Below are positions 35,156 to 47,100 of a stretch of DNA of 62,581 nt, piece by piece. The notes below the pieces were generated by a model that did no database searches, was not told where the DNA came from, and saw nothing but the letters and a program-made list of their open reading frames with translations. The stretch is from Rhodothermales bacterium (GTDB taxonomy: Bacteria; Bacteroidota; Rhodothermia; Rhodothermales; Bin80). The DNA is taken from NCBI GenBank assembly GCA_022820435.1, contig JAJEFL010000009.1, positions 1-62,581 of the forward strand, written 5' to 3'. Position numbers and translations under genes: made by a program. The stretch's first letter is position 1, and each line of letters opens with the position of its first letter.

Positions 35156-38100
35156 ATGGTAGGCAGCATCAGGTTTTATCTGCATGTCGGGAGGGTTGCA
35201 TTCTTTGGGCAACCCTTAGTTGGCTGCCGCCAATCCTCAAAATGCCGCCTACCTGATTTTCCATCCGTTCTGATGGTGGTCGGGCTCGTGCTTTCCGTTC
35301 TATCCTTCGCTGCATTCGATTCGAAAGGCTCCGAAAATCATCATGAATCGCCGTCACTTTTTGTCGGTGCAGATCATGGCGGGGCCCCCTGGGAGGCTTG
35401 GGGCAGTCTGGGTCCGGAGTTACTCCCCAGGAATGTTGCAGATTTGAGGCGGACGAATTCCCGCCAAGTGCCTGCGGCCACAGATCTGGAGCAGAACGAT
35501 ACAGAGGATCAGAAAAAAACAGCCGTTCCCCACCTTGAGGAGGGAGTGGAGGAGCATCCTTTGAGCACCAGACGCGGCAACTTCGGTGCTGATTTATCTG
35601 AACATAAGATAAATTCAGATGCTTCCGGCCGGGATATAGTCCCCCTAATGAGTGGATCTGCAGAGGAGGTGATCACGAATCCCCGGACCGTTCCTGCTGT
35701 GATTACCGGCAGCCGCAGGGATGCGACATCGGTGAATATTCCGGTAACTGTTTTTGATGACCGTGTCGACGAGAGTGACGGGGATATCATTCAGATGCTG
35801 GCAGGCACTTCGGACTATACCGCAGGGTTTGACGATGAATATACGCTGACGATCATGGATGATGATCAACCGGAGGCGTACTTTTACTATGAGGATGATA
35901 CGGTCACAGAAGATTATGGCACCGTCTATATCACGATAGATCTCACCGAGGCCCCGTTAGCAGATCTTGACCTGAGTTATCGTCTCGGCGGTACGGCGAC
36001 AGAGGGGGATGACTACGATATTACCGGTGGATCGGGGACTGTGACGGTGCTTGCAGGTTATTATAGTACAGAAATTGAGATAGAGATTACAGATGACATT
36101 GTAGACGAGGATGATGAGGAGACGCTGATTGTGACGCTCATCAGTGGTTCGGGCTACGATGTGGGAACAAGCAGCGTATACACACTGACGATTGAGGACA
36201 ATGATATAACCCCGGAGGTTGAATTTCAAAGCGATAGCTACTCAGCCCCCGAATCAGAAGGTACGATTGATGTATGGATAGATCTCAGTGATGCGGCCAG
36301 CGCGGATCTCACATTGAATTACAGCTTGGGGGGCACGGCCGACGAGGGGACGGACTACAGTATTACGGGTTCGGGAACGGTTTTGGTGGATGTCAGCGAG
36401 GATGCATACTCGGCGACGATCCCGGTTCAGATCATCGACGACATAGCAGACGAGGATGACGAAGAAACCGTCATCCTAACATTAACCAGTGGCACGGGGT
36501 ATACGCTGGGCACGGATCTTGTGTACACATTGACGATTGAGGATGATGATGAGACACCGGATATCGAGTTTAATTATGTTGAGTTTACAGAAGATGAACA
36601 CGTCGGTTTGGTTCCCGGCATAGGCATCTCGTCAAGTATTGATCCCCAGGCAGATTTAACCGTGAACTACGATCTGGGCGGCACGGCGGATGAGGGAACG
36701 GACTACAGCATTACGGGGTCAGGGGCGGTGACCTTTACTGCCGGTATTAACTATGTTGAAATCCCGCTAGAAGTTATTGACGACAGTGAAGATGAGGATG
36801 ATGAGACGGTAATTGTCACGCTGACCGGCGGCACGGGATACAATGTGGGAAGTCAGAATCAGTTTACTCTGACCATCAGAGACAATGATGTGACTCCGGA
36901 GGTTACGTTCGATAATGACTCGGATAATGTGGATGAAGATCATGGTACGGTTAATGTTACAGTAAGTCTCAGCGAGGCGGCGACAGCAGATTTTACATTG
37001 AATTATGGACTGAGCGGCACGGCGGTGCGGGGGATAGATTACACGATTACTGGCGCAGGGACGGTTTCAGTAGGGGCCGGTGAATCCTCAGTCAGTATTC
37101 CAGTGGTGGTTATCGATGACAGTGTGGGGGAGTATGACGAAACCGTCGTCTTAACGCTGACGAGCGGCACGGGATACACGGTGGGAAGTGCTAAGGTATA
37201 CACACTGACCATCGAGAATGATGATGGAACGCCGATAATTCTTCCGTCATTTACGTTTGCTTCAGTATCAGGCAGCGCGGGAGAGGGAGATGGCACCCAC
37301 AATGTAAGTGTAAATGTCAGTCCAGCGCCAGCGACGAATCTTACCTTAAATTACAATCTTGGCGGTTCCGCAATAGAAAATACGGACTACAGTATTACGG
37401 GGTCAGGGACGGTTTCAGTTACGGCCGGTTTAACATCGGTGAATATCCCAATAGTGATTCTCAACGACACTGTGGAAGAGACGGACGAGAACGTAACCTT
37501 AACACTGGTTTCGGGGACGGGGTACAGTTTAGGCAGTGTTTATGAGCATACCCTGACGATTGTGGATAATGATGGGGTCCCGCAGGTTGCATTTGCATCC
37601 GTTTCGAGCAGTGTGGCCGAAGATGCCAGTACGAAATCGGTCACGGTGACCATCAGCCCTGTGTCCACGACGGATCTCACGTTGAAATACAGTCTGGGCG
37701 GTTCCGCAACAGAAAATACGGACTACAGTATTACGGGGTCAGGGACGCTTACTGTACCTGCGAATGCGACCTCGGCAGACATCGTGGCAGCCATTGTTGA
37801 TGATGCCGTAAACGAGCGTGATGAGGATATCATTCTGACACTGACACCTGCTTCGGGCTATACCGTAGGGTCTAATGATCAACATACGCTGACGATCACG
37901 GATGATGATGGGACCCCGGGTGCTGCGTTTGCTGCGAATACAGGCAGTGCGGGTGAAGGGGGAGGCACCCACAGTGTGCGGGTAAACATTGATCCGGTGT
38001 CATCGGTGGAACTCACATTGAATTACGATTTGGCCGGCACGGCCGATGAGGGTGTGGACTATGATATTACGGGCGGATCGGGAACGGTTACCATTACCGC

Positions 38101-41100
38101 CGGTGCAGACGGGGTGGACATCCCGGTGGCGATAGTTGAGGACAGCGATGATGAGCTAGACGAAACGGTAATTCTGACACTGACCGGCGGTACGGGGTAT
38201 CAGATAGGGAGTCCGAGTGTATATACGCTGACGATCACCGATAATGATCAGCCGGAGGTATCCTTTTTCTATGTGGATGAGACGGTCTTAGAAGATGTGG
38301 GTACCACCCGTATCACGATAGATCTCACGGATGACCCACCAGCAGATCTCGACCTGAGTTATCGTCTCGGCGGTACGGCGACAAAGGGGGATGACTACGA
38401 TATTACCGGTGGATCGGGGACGGTGACGGTGCGTGCAGGTTCCTACTCCGTAGTCATTGAGGTAGATGTTACAGATGACAGTATAGACGAGAGTGATGAG
38501 ACGGTGATAGTGACACTCATCAGCGGTTCAGGGTATGATGTGGGAACAAGCAGCGTACACACACTGACGATTGAGGACAATGATGTAACCCCGGAGGTTG
38601 AATTTCAAGGTGACAGCCATACAGCCGCCGAATCAGATGGCACGATTGATGTGACGATAGTTCTCAGTGATGCGGCCAGCGCGGATCTCACATTGAATTA
38701 CAGTTTGGGGGGCACGGCCGATGAGGGGACGGACTACCGTATTACGGGTTCGGGAACGGTTTTGGTGGATGTTAGCGAGGATGCATACTCGGCGACGATC
38801 CCGATTGAGATCATCGACGACATAGCGGACGAGGATGACGAAGAAACCGTCATCTTAACATTAACCAGTGGCACGGGGTACACGCTGGGCACGAATCTTG
38901 TGTACACATTGACGATTGAGGATGATGATGAGATACCGGATATCGAGTTTGATTATGTCGAGTTTACAGAAGACGAAAATGTCGGTTTTGTTTCCGGCAT
39001 AAGCATAGGGGCAAGTGTTGATGCCCAGGCAGATTTAACCGTGAACTATGATCTAGGCGGCACGGCGGATGAGGGAACGGACTACAGTATTACGGGATCA
39101 GGGGCGGTGACCTTGATTGCGGGTACGAACTATGCTGAAATCCCGCTGGAAGTACTTGATGACAGTGAAGATGAGGATGATGAGACGGTAATTGTGACGC
39201 TGACCGGCGGTACGGGATACAATGTGGGAAGTCAGAATCAGTTTACGCTGATCATCAGAGACAATGATGTGACTCCGGAGGTTACGTTCGATAATGACTC
39301 GGATAATGTGGATGAAGATCATGGTACGGTTGATGTTGCACTAAGTCTCAGCGAGGCGGCGACTTCAGATTTTACGTTGAATTACGGACTGGGCGGCACG
39401 GCGGTGCAGGGGACGGATTATACGCTTTCTTGGTATCCAGGGGCGCTTTCGGTGATGACTGGTGAATCCTCAATCAGCATTTCGGTGGAGATTACCGATG
39501 ACAGTGTGGGGGAGGATGACGAAACCGTCGTCTTAACGCTGATGGACGGCACGGGATACACGGTGGGAAGTGCTAAGGTACACACATTGACCATCGTGAA
39601 CGATGATGTGAGGCCGGCGATGGATTTCGCTGCGGCTTCTGCCAGTGTGGGGGAGGATGCTGGTACGCACAATGTGACGGTGGGGCTCAGTGCCGCGCCA
39701 GCGGCAAGTCTTACCTTAAACTACAGCCTGAAGGGCTCGGCAGTGCGGAACGCGGACTACACCAGTCCGGGGACGGTTTCAGTTGCCGCAAATGCAACAT
39801 CGGTGAATATCCCGGTCACCATTACGGATGACAACCTGCAGGAGAGCGACGAGACAATTATTTTGACGCTTACAAGTGGTACAGGGTACAGTGTAGGCAG
39901 TGCAAATGTATATACGCTTACCGTTACGGATAATGATAAGCCGACTGTTGTTTTTGCTCCGGTTTCGGCTGCTGTAAGCGAAGATGCTGGCACGCGGAAT
40001 GTCGTATTAAATCTCACTCCCGCATCAACGACGAACTTCACATTGAACTACCGGCTGGGGGGTACGGCAATCCTGGGGACGGATTACAGCATCAGTGGAG
40101 CCGGGACCTTTTCGGTTCCCGCGAATACATCGTCGGTACGTATTCCGGTATCAATCACCGATGACCGCGTTAACGAGAGCAGCGAGACGATCATCCTGAC
40201 GCTGACTCCCGGTGCGGGATATAATATCGGAGCCGCGCCTGAACATACGTTGACCATCACGGACAATGATACGCCGGAAGTTGCGTTTGCCTTGGCTTCG
40301 GCCAGTGTGGGCGAAGGTGCCGGTCAGTACGATGTAAGGGTAAACGTCAATCCTGCGCCAGTGACCGACCTTGCATTGAGTTACAATTTGACGGGGACGG
40401 CGATCAAAGGAGCAGATTACAGTATTGCAACATCGGGAACAGTCACCGTCGTTGCGGCTGCGGCCTCAGTGGATATTCCGATCATGCTGATTGATGACAG
40501 TGCGGACGAAATTAATGAGACGGTCATCCTCACGCTGACTTCCGGAGCGGGGTATGATATAGGCAGTATAGGGGTACATACGCTGACGGTTACGGACAAT
40601 GATCAGCCGGCAGTCGGTTTTGCTTTGGCTTCAGGCAGTGTGGACGAGGATGTCGGCCGTCATAACATAACGGTAAATGTCCGCCCTCTGCCAGCAGCAG
40701 GCTTTACGTTCAGTTATCGTCTTACGGGCTCGGCGAACGAAGGGACAGATTACAGTATTGCAAATTCAGGGACGGTGGCGGTGGCTGCAAATGCATCCTC
40801 GGTCAATATCCCGGTAGCGATTACAGATGATCGCATTGATGAGAATCTCGAGACGGTCATTCTAACGTTGACGACCGGCACGGGATATGATGTGAGTGGT
40901 ACGAGTGTACACACATTGACCATCACAGACAATGACTTACCCGCGGTTGAATTCCCATCGGCTTCGGGAAGTGTAGGTGAAAATGCAGGTATACATAGTG
41001 TGACCGTCAATATTAATCCTGCGACAGCGGCGGGCTTTACGTTGTATTGCACTTATATCGGTACTGCAGTGCATAACACCGACTATACTGGTCCAAAAAT

Positions 41101-44100
41101 TATTTCAGTGCCCGCCGGCGCAACCTCGGTGGAGATTCCGGTTACAATTATTGATGACAGCAGGGATGAGTCGAATGAGGTGGCCGTCTTAACTCTGACG
41201 ACCGACTTAACGGAGTATACCCTGGGAAATGACTATTCGTATAGACTGATTATCACAGACAACGATATATCCGGGGTCAATTTTGCTTCGGCCTCGGGTC
41301 GCGTGGACGAAGGGGCCGGTACGCATAATGTGACGGTAGATATTGATCCCGTGTCTGCAACGGGCTTCACATTAAGTTACGGACTAGGCGGCACGGCAAT
41401 TGAAGGAACGGATTACAGCATTACCGGATCAGGAACGGTTTTTGTCGCGGCGAATGTGACCTCGGTAAACATCCCGGTGGACCTTACGGATGATCTGGAC
41501 GACGAGGATGATGAGACGCTCATCCTGACGCTGACGGGCAGTTCAGAGTACACGCTCGGAAGTACGAGTGCGCATACGCTGACCATCACAGACAATGATG
41601 TGTCGGAAGCAGTTTTTGCTGCGGCTTCCGGCACCGTAAGCGAAGCGGCTGGTACGCACAATGTGAGGGTCAACATTGATCCCGCACCGGTGGCGGATTT
41701 CACGCTGACTTACAGTCTGGGAGGGACGGCGGCCGAGGGAACCGATTACAGCATTGCCGGATCAGGGGCAATTTCAGTGGGGGCCGGTGCGACCTCGGTG
41801 GATATCCCTGTTGTATTGACGGATGATAGCGAAGAGGAAAATGCCGAGACGGTGATCCTGACGCTGTCAAACAGCTCGGAATATATCTTGGGAACCATAA
41901 ACGAATATACTCTGACCATCACGGATAACGATTTACGGGTACCTCCGACGGTAGCTTTCGCCTCAACCTCGGCGAATGTGGATGAGGATGTCGGTACGCA
42001 AAACGTGACCGTAAGTCTGGGGCGGGCAGTCCCTGCGGGAGGCTTAGCCGTGAATTATCGTTTGGGAGGTTCAGCGACACAGGGAATCGATTACACCATT
42101 AGCGGGGCAGGGGTTATTTCTGCGGCCGCCGGTGCACTCTCGGTGGATATTCCAGTTGTGATTACCGATGATACGGTGAAAGAAGACGAAGAAACAGTGA
42201 TTCTAACGCTGATGAACGGCACGGGGTATGATGTGGGGAGTGACAACGTGTATACGCTGACGATCACGGATAATGACGAAACGCCAGAGGTTGCTTTTTC
42301 CACGGCTTCAGCCAGCATAGACGAAGGAGCCGGTACCCGAAACGTGACGGTGGACATCAGCCCGGCACCGGCGGTGGAATTTACGCTGAACTACGATTTG
42401 ACAGGAGACGCAGAAGAAGGGACGGACTATACTATCTCTGGAGCAAGGACGATTCCAGTGCCCGCAAATGCAATTTCGGTGAATATCCCGATTGTGGTTA
42501 CCGATGACAGCGTAGACGAGAATGATGAGACGATCATCCTCACGTTATTAAGCAGCACGGAGTATACCATAGGAGCTGTGAGCGAACATACATTGACGAT
42601 TACGGACAATGATGAGACACCGGAGGTTACGTTCGCATCGGGGTCATCCAGTGTACTTGAAGATGCCGGTACCCGGAACGTAACGGTAAATATCAGTTCT
42701 GCTCCTGTGGCAGATTTTACACTGACCTACGATTTGACGGGATCGGCGGTGGAGGGGACGGATTACAGTATTACCGGTGGTTCAGGGACGGTTCTATTCG
42801 CTGCGAATGAATTCTCGGTGGATATTCCGATTGAGATTATTGATGACAGTGATGATGAGAATGCTGAGACGGTGATCCTGAGTCTGATCACTACGGGTAC
42901 AGAGTATACGGTGGGAAGCATAAGCGAGCATACATTGACCATTACGGATAATGATGCGATACCGGAGGTGACCTTTGCGTCTACCTCCGTGAGTGTGGAT
43001 GAGGATGTCGGCACACAAAATGTGACGATAAATCTGAGTAGCGCTGCACCTGCGGGGGGCTTAACCTTGAATTACAGTCTGGATGGTTCGGCAGTAGAAG
43101 GAACAGACTACAGTATCACGGGATCAGGATCGGTTTCTGTGGCTGCGAATGCGATCTCGGAGAATATTCCGGTCGTGATTATCGATGACGGTGTGGACGA
43201 AAATGCTGAGACCGTGATTCTGACCTTGACGAGTGGCCTTGGATACACCGTGGGAAGTACAAGCGAGCATACGTTGACGATTGCGGACAATGATGGATTA
43301 CCGACGGCTGCATTTGCTTCGGCATCGGTCAGTGTCAATGAAGATGTGGGTATACACAACGTGGCGGTAAACATTAATCTCAGTTCTGCGCCTCCAGCAG
43401 ATTTTACGCTGAACTATCGTTTGACGGGGACGGCAGAGGAAGGAACGGATTACAGTATTGCCGGATCGGGGACGATTTTAGTCGCCGCAAATGCGACCTC
43501 GGCAAATATCCCGGTGGTGATTACAGATGACAGCACCGAAGAAGAAAGTGAGATCGTCATCCTGACGCTGACAAGTGGTACAGGGTACGATCTGGGAAGT
43601 GCGGATGAGTATACGCTGACGATCATAGACAATGATGCCACACCGGTGGTCGCTTTCGCTTCATCCTCAACCAGTGTGGGCGAAGAGGTGGGGATTCAGA
43701 ATGTGACGGTCAATATCAGCCCTGTATCAGGGGGAGACTTTACATTGAATTACAGTCTGGGTGGGGCGGCGACAGAAGGGACAGACTATCGTGTTGCAGG
43801 ATCAGGGGCCGTCTCTGTCCCTGCAAACGCAAACTCGGTGAATATACCGGTGGAAATTATTGACGACAATTTGGTGGAGAATGATGAGACAGTAGTTCTA
43901 ACCTTGATCAGCGGTACAGGATATGATGTGGGATCCGTGATCGAATATACGCTTACGATTACGGACAACGATACCCCGGAGGTTACCCTTGCTTCCATTT
44001 CAGAAGGTGTAGAGGAGGATTTCGGTACGCATAGCATAACGGTAAATCTGAGCAATACGGCACCTGCAGGAGGCTTTACCTTGAACTACGGCCTGAGTGG

Positions 44101-47100
44101 AACGGCAGTGCAGGGGATGGACTATACCAGTGCAGGCACAGTTTCCGTACCTGCAGGGGTAACCTCGGTAAATATTCCCATCGTGATTATTGATGACCGC
44201 GTTGCGGAGGATGACGAGACGGTGATTGTGACGTTAACCAACGGAGTCGGATATGATGTAGGAAGCCTGAAGGTGCATACACTGACGATTACGGACAATG
44301 ATGAAGCCGGAATTCAAGCCCCTGTTTCCGTATCCGTAGTGGAGGGACGAACGCGCACCTTCAATCTGTCTCTGACCTCGGAGCCGCCGGGAGAGGTCAC
44401 CGTAATGATGACCACACCTTCGGGGACCGACTTAACACTGACCCCCGCCGTTCGAGTTTTTACACCGGGCAGCTGGAATCAGCCGCAGGAGGTGACATTG
44501 AGTGCAGCGGAAGATCTTGACTTTGAGGATGATCCGGTACTGGTGACTTTAACCGCAATTGGGGGTGGATATACCGGGATTTTAGAAACAGTCACGGTCA
44601 CCATCAGGGACAATGATGCACCAGGGATTGATGCCCCTGCATTGTTGATTGTTCCAGAGGGTGGTTCAGAGGAGTTCAGGGTTGCGCTTGTCACGGTGCC
44701 GTCCGGCGAGGTATCGGTGACCTTCCCCGGCTTTTTGGGGGATCTCACCGCAACGCCAACACGCCTGACTTTCTCGTCAGGTAACTGGAGTACACCGCAG
44801 CTCATCACTTTAACGGCAAGTGAAGATGATGACTTTTTTCCTGATACAGAAACGCTTGTCCTGACGGCAAACGGGGGTGGTTACGCAGGGATAACGAGTC
44901 AGGTCTCTGTAACGATTACGGATGATGATGCCGCGGAAATCACAGCACCTGCAACGGTCACAGTTGGCGAGGGAGAGACGGAAATCTTTACGGTCGTTCT
45001 TTCATCGGAGCCATCGGGCCCGGTGACCGTGACAACCACGGGGCACGCGGGAACGGATCTGACACTGGATCAAGCCTCACTCACCTTCACGCGTGCGAAC
45101 TGGAATCTCCCGCGGACAGTAAGGTTGACTGCGGGGGAGGATGATGCAGATTATGTGGAGGACGAGGTCGTGTTAACGCTCGCTGCATCAGGCGGTGACT
45201 ATGATGGAGTTGAGCACACCACGCGGGTTACCATCACCGATAACGATACACCCGTGGTACTGCTGCCGATTTCCATTGAGAACGTAGCGGAATTGGAAAA
45301 TACAGGGATCTTTCAATTTCCCATTGAACTCAGTGAGCCCGCGGACAGGGTGGTCACGGTACAGTATACCACCTCAGAGGTAACTGCGAAATCGGGATTG
45401 GATTACACGGCATCACGGGGAATTGTCGTCTTTGATCCAGGGGCAACCCGGGGTGTAATTGAAATCACGATTGTTGATGATAAAATTTCGGAGCCGTCGG
45501 AAGAATTTTTGGTGACGCTGTCAGATCCGAGTAATGCAATTGTTGCACAAGAGGTTGTGACAGGTACAATCCTGGATGATGACGGGAGTGCAATTCTACG
45601 GGTGGAAGATGTGCTGGTATTGGAAGAAGACGGGGTGGTTCAATTTCGCGTATCGCTGTCACAGCCGCAGCCGCAGCCGGTCTCTGCAGCGTATCAGACC
45701 CAGGATGGGACGGCCAAAGCGGGAGAAGATTATGAAGCATCTTCCGGAGTCGTAACGCTGCCACCAGGAACCACGGAAGCCATGATTGCGGTGCAGCTTC
45801 TGAAAGACGGACTGGATTGGCAGGAGGAGACCTTCACCGTGCATCTAGTGTCGTCAGAGCACGCAGAGATCGGAAAAGCGGTGGGGGTGGCAACGATTCA
45901 GGAGTCAACGACGGTCAGTGAGGGGGTCATGGAAGCCTATGCGGCGCGGTTTGTGCGGACGGCCTCGGTGCAGGTGGTGGATGCATTGGGAGACCGGTTC
46001 CGGTTGGCAGCAGACGGCGCAGTGTGCACGGCCGCAGAGCGTACAGAGATGGCACAGCTTTGGTACTCCGCCTCCTCGTGGGATCCATCTTTGGGTGAAC
46101 TTCTGGCCGGCTGCCGCATGTCGCAGAGCATGCCCGTATCCGGCGGATCATTTGGCATATGGGGACAGGGCGCATTCCGGCAGTTCAATGGCCAGGGGGA
46201 GGGTGCGCTGACACTTCGTGGAGAGGTCGCCACAGGGATCGTGGGGGTGGACTATCGCTGGCACAGAGGATGGATGGCAGGAGTGCTTTTGGCGCATAGT
46301 CAGGGAGATGGATCGTTTGAGGTTCACCGGCAGTCCGGCGAAATCACATCGGGTCTGACAGGAATCTACCCGTATGTATCGTATGCGCGTACAGGATGGG
46401 ATATATGGATGAGCACAGGAATTGGACGCGGCAGTGCCGAGGTCTCTGAGTTAAAAGGTGATCTGGTATCACGGTTCGGGGCATTGGGAATGCGGGGAAC
46501 GCTCGCCTCCAGTGGTGCGATTGGCCTGAGCTATCATGGGGATATCCTGGTGACGGATGCAGATATTGAAGCGCATAACATCACGGCAGAAGTCTATCGG
46601 ATCCGGGCAGGTCTGGAAATGACTGCAGAGATCACAAATGGAATTCGGCCCTATGTGGAAGCGAATGTGCGTCAGGACGGTGGCAGTGCAGAGACGGGTA
46701 CCGGGCTGGAGCTGGGGGGTGGAGTGCGCTTCTCAAATTCGGTGTGGCGCATGCGAGGCGAGGTGCGGACGCAGGGGCTGGTCATGCATACGGCGGATGG
46801 GTTTACCGAGTGGGGGATCTCTGGATCGTTACAGATGGGGCGCAGTTTCGAGGGGTTGATGATGCGTCTGCGTCCATCCTGGGGACGGGGGCAGGGGATG
46901 TCTATGTACCGGCAGCAGACGATTCTGGATGCAGTTCCGATCAGGGCAAATATGTACCGGACCGAATTGGAATTAGGTTATGGGATTCCGTGGAAGGATG
47001 GTTCGGCCCGATCTGTGATGGGAGTAACCCAATTGCCGCAGGGGATGATGTACAGGCTGGGAGGTGAACTCCGTCCGTGGGAGCGGCTCTCCTTCTCGGT

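Noticed and set aside
34832-35212. A 126-aa minus-strand ORF overlapping the start of the first giant gene.
   Set aside because: It has no motifs and lies in the divergent promoter region. It overlaps the annotated start of the 4006-aa ORF and is probably spurious.
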